From Alphaproteobacteria bacterium (GTDB taxonomy: Bacteria > Pseudomonadota > Alphaproteobacteria > Bin95): a stretch of DNA of 64,000 nt. Location: the NCBI GenBank assembly GCA_964291285.2, contig OZ219787.1:1248001-1312000 (forward strand), in the 5' to 3' direction. Positions 63,770 to 64,000 of this stretch are shown one piece after another; position 1 is the stretch's first letter; every line of letters starts with the position of its first letter. The position numbers and the translations under genes are program-made. Under the pieces are notes generated by a model, which saw only the letters and a program-made list of their open reading frames with translations, had not been told where the DNA came from and searched no databases.

Positions 63770-64000
63770 CCCGGAACGCTACCAAAGCGTGCGGTCCGGG
63801 TTAAGCCGCGCCGGTCGGCCGGTCTTGCTCTCCACCGGCCTGCGGCAGTATCGGGCGCCGGGGATGGCTCCGTTTTGCGGGGGCAACAAAGGGGTGCGAC
63901 AATGTGTTCATGAAATTTAGGTAATATTTCTCTATTTCCGGTCTGAAGCAGGAAAACCCGTGATATGATGGGTTCGAGGTAGGCGGCATCCGGAGCCGCT

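Noticed and set aside
63800-64000. AT-richer stretch at the window end
   Set aside because: Probably an intergenic promoter region, truncated by the window edge; nothing can be assigned.

Overview
GC-rich alphaproteobacterial chromosome segment, Rhodospirillales-like by gene content (inference). The core backbone comprises gltA, ilvBNC, map-radC, thiL-nusB-rib-nrdR-glyA, glpK, phaC, aminotransferase-hom-glpX-recJ and yggS. It is interleaved with catabolic modules: three LLM oxidoreductases, VOC proteins, a CoA transferase, and TRAP and TTT transporters. The accessory hotspot lies at about 20.8-31.2 kb and has five parts. (1) A 3138-bp IS1-family cargo element with perfect 22-bp TIRs and an 8-bp TSD, carrying a DNA methyltransferase-HNH fusion, a small basic protein and two orphan genes. 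(2) A candidate switch-like structured RNA. (3) A GT25/GT4/TupA glycan cluster. (4) A complete IS110 element whose bridge-RNA guide segments can be matched by eye to its own donor and target sites. (5) A direct-repeat-flanked pair of duplicated TM/coiled-coil genes among REP-like repeats. No rRNA, tRNA or CRISPR array was recognised. All calls come from motif recognition by eye; no database searches were run.
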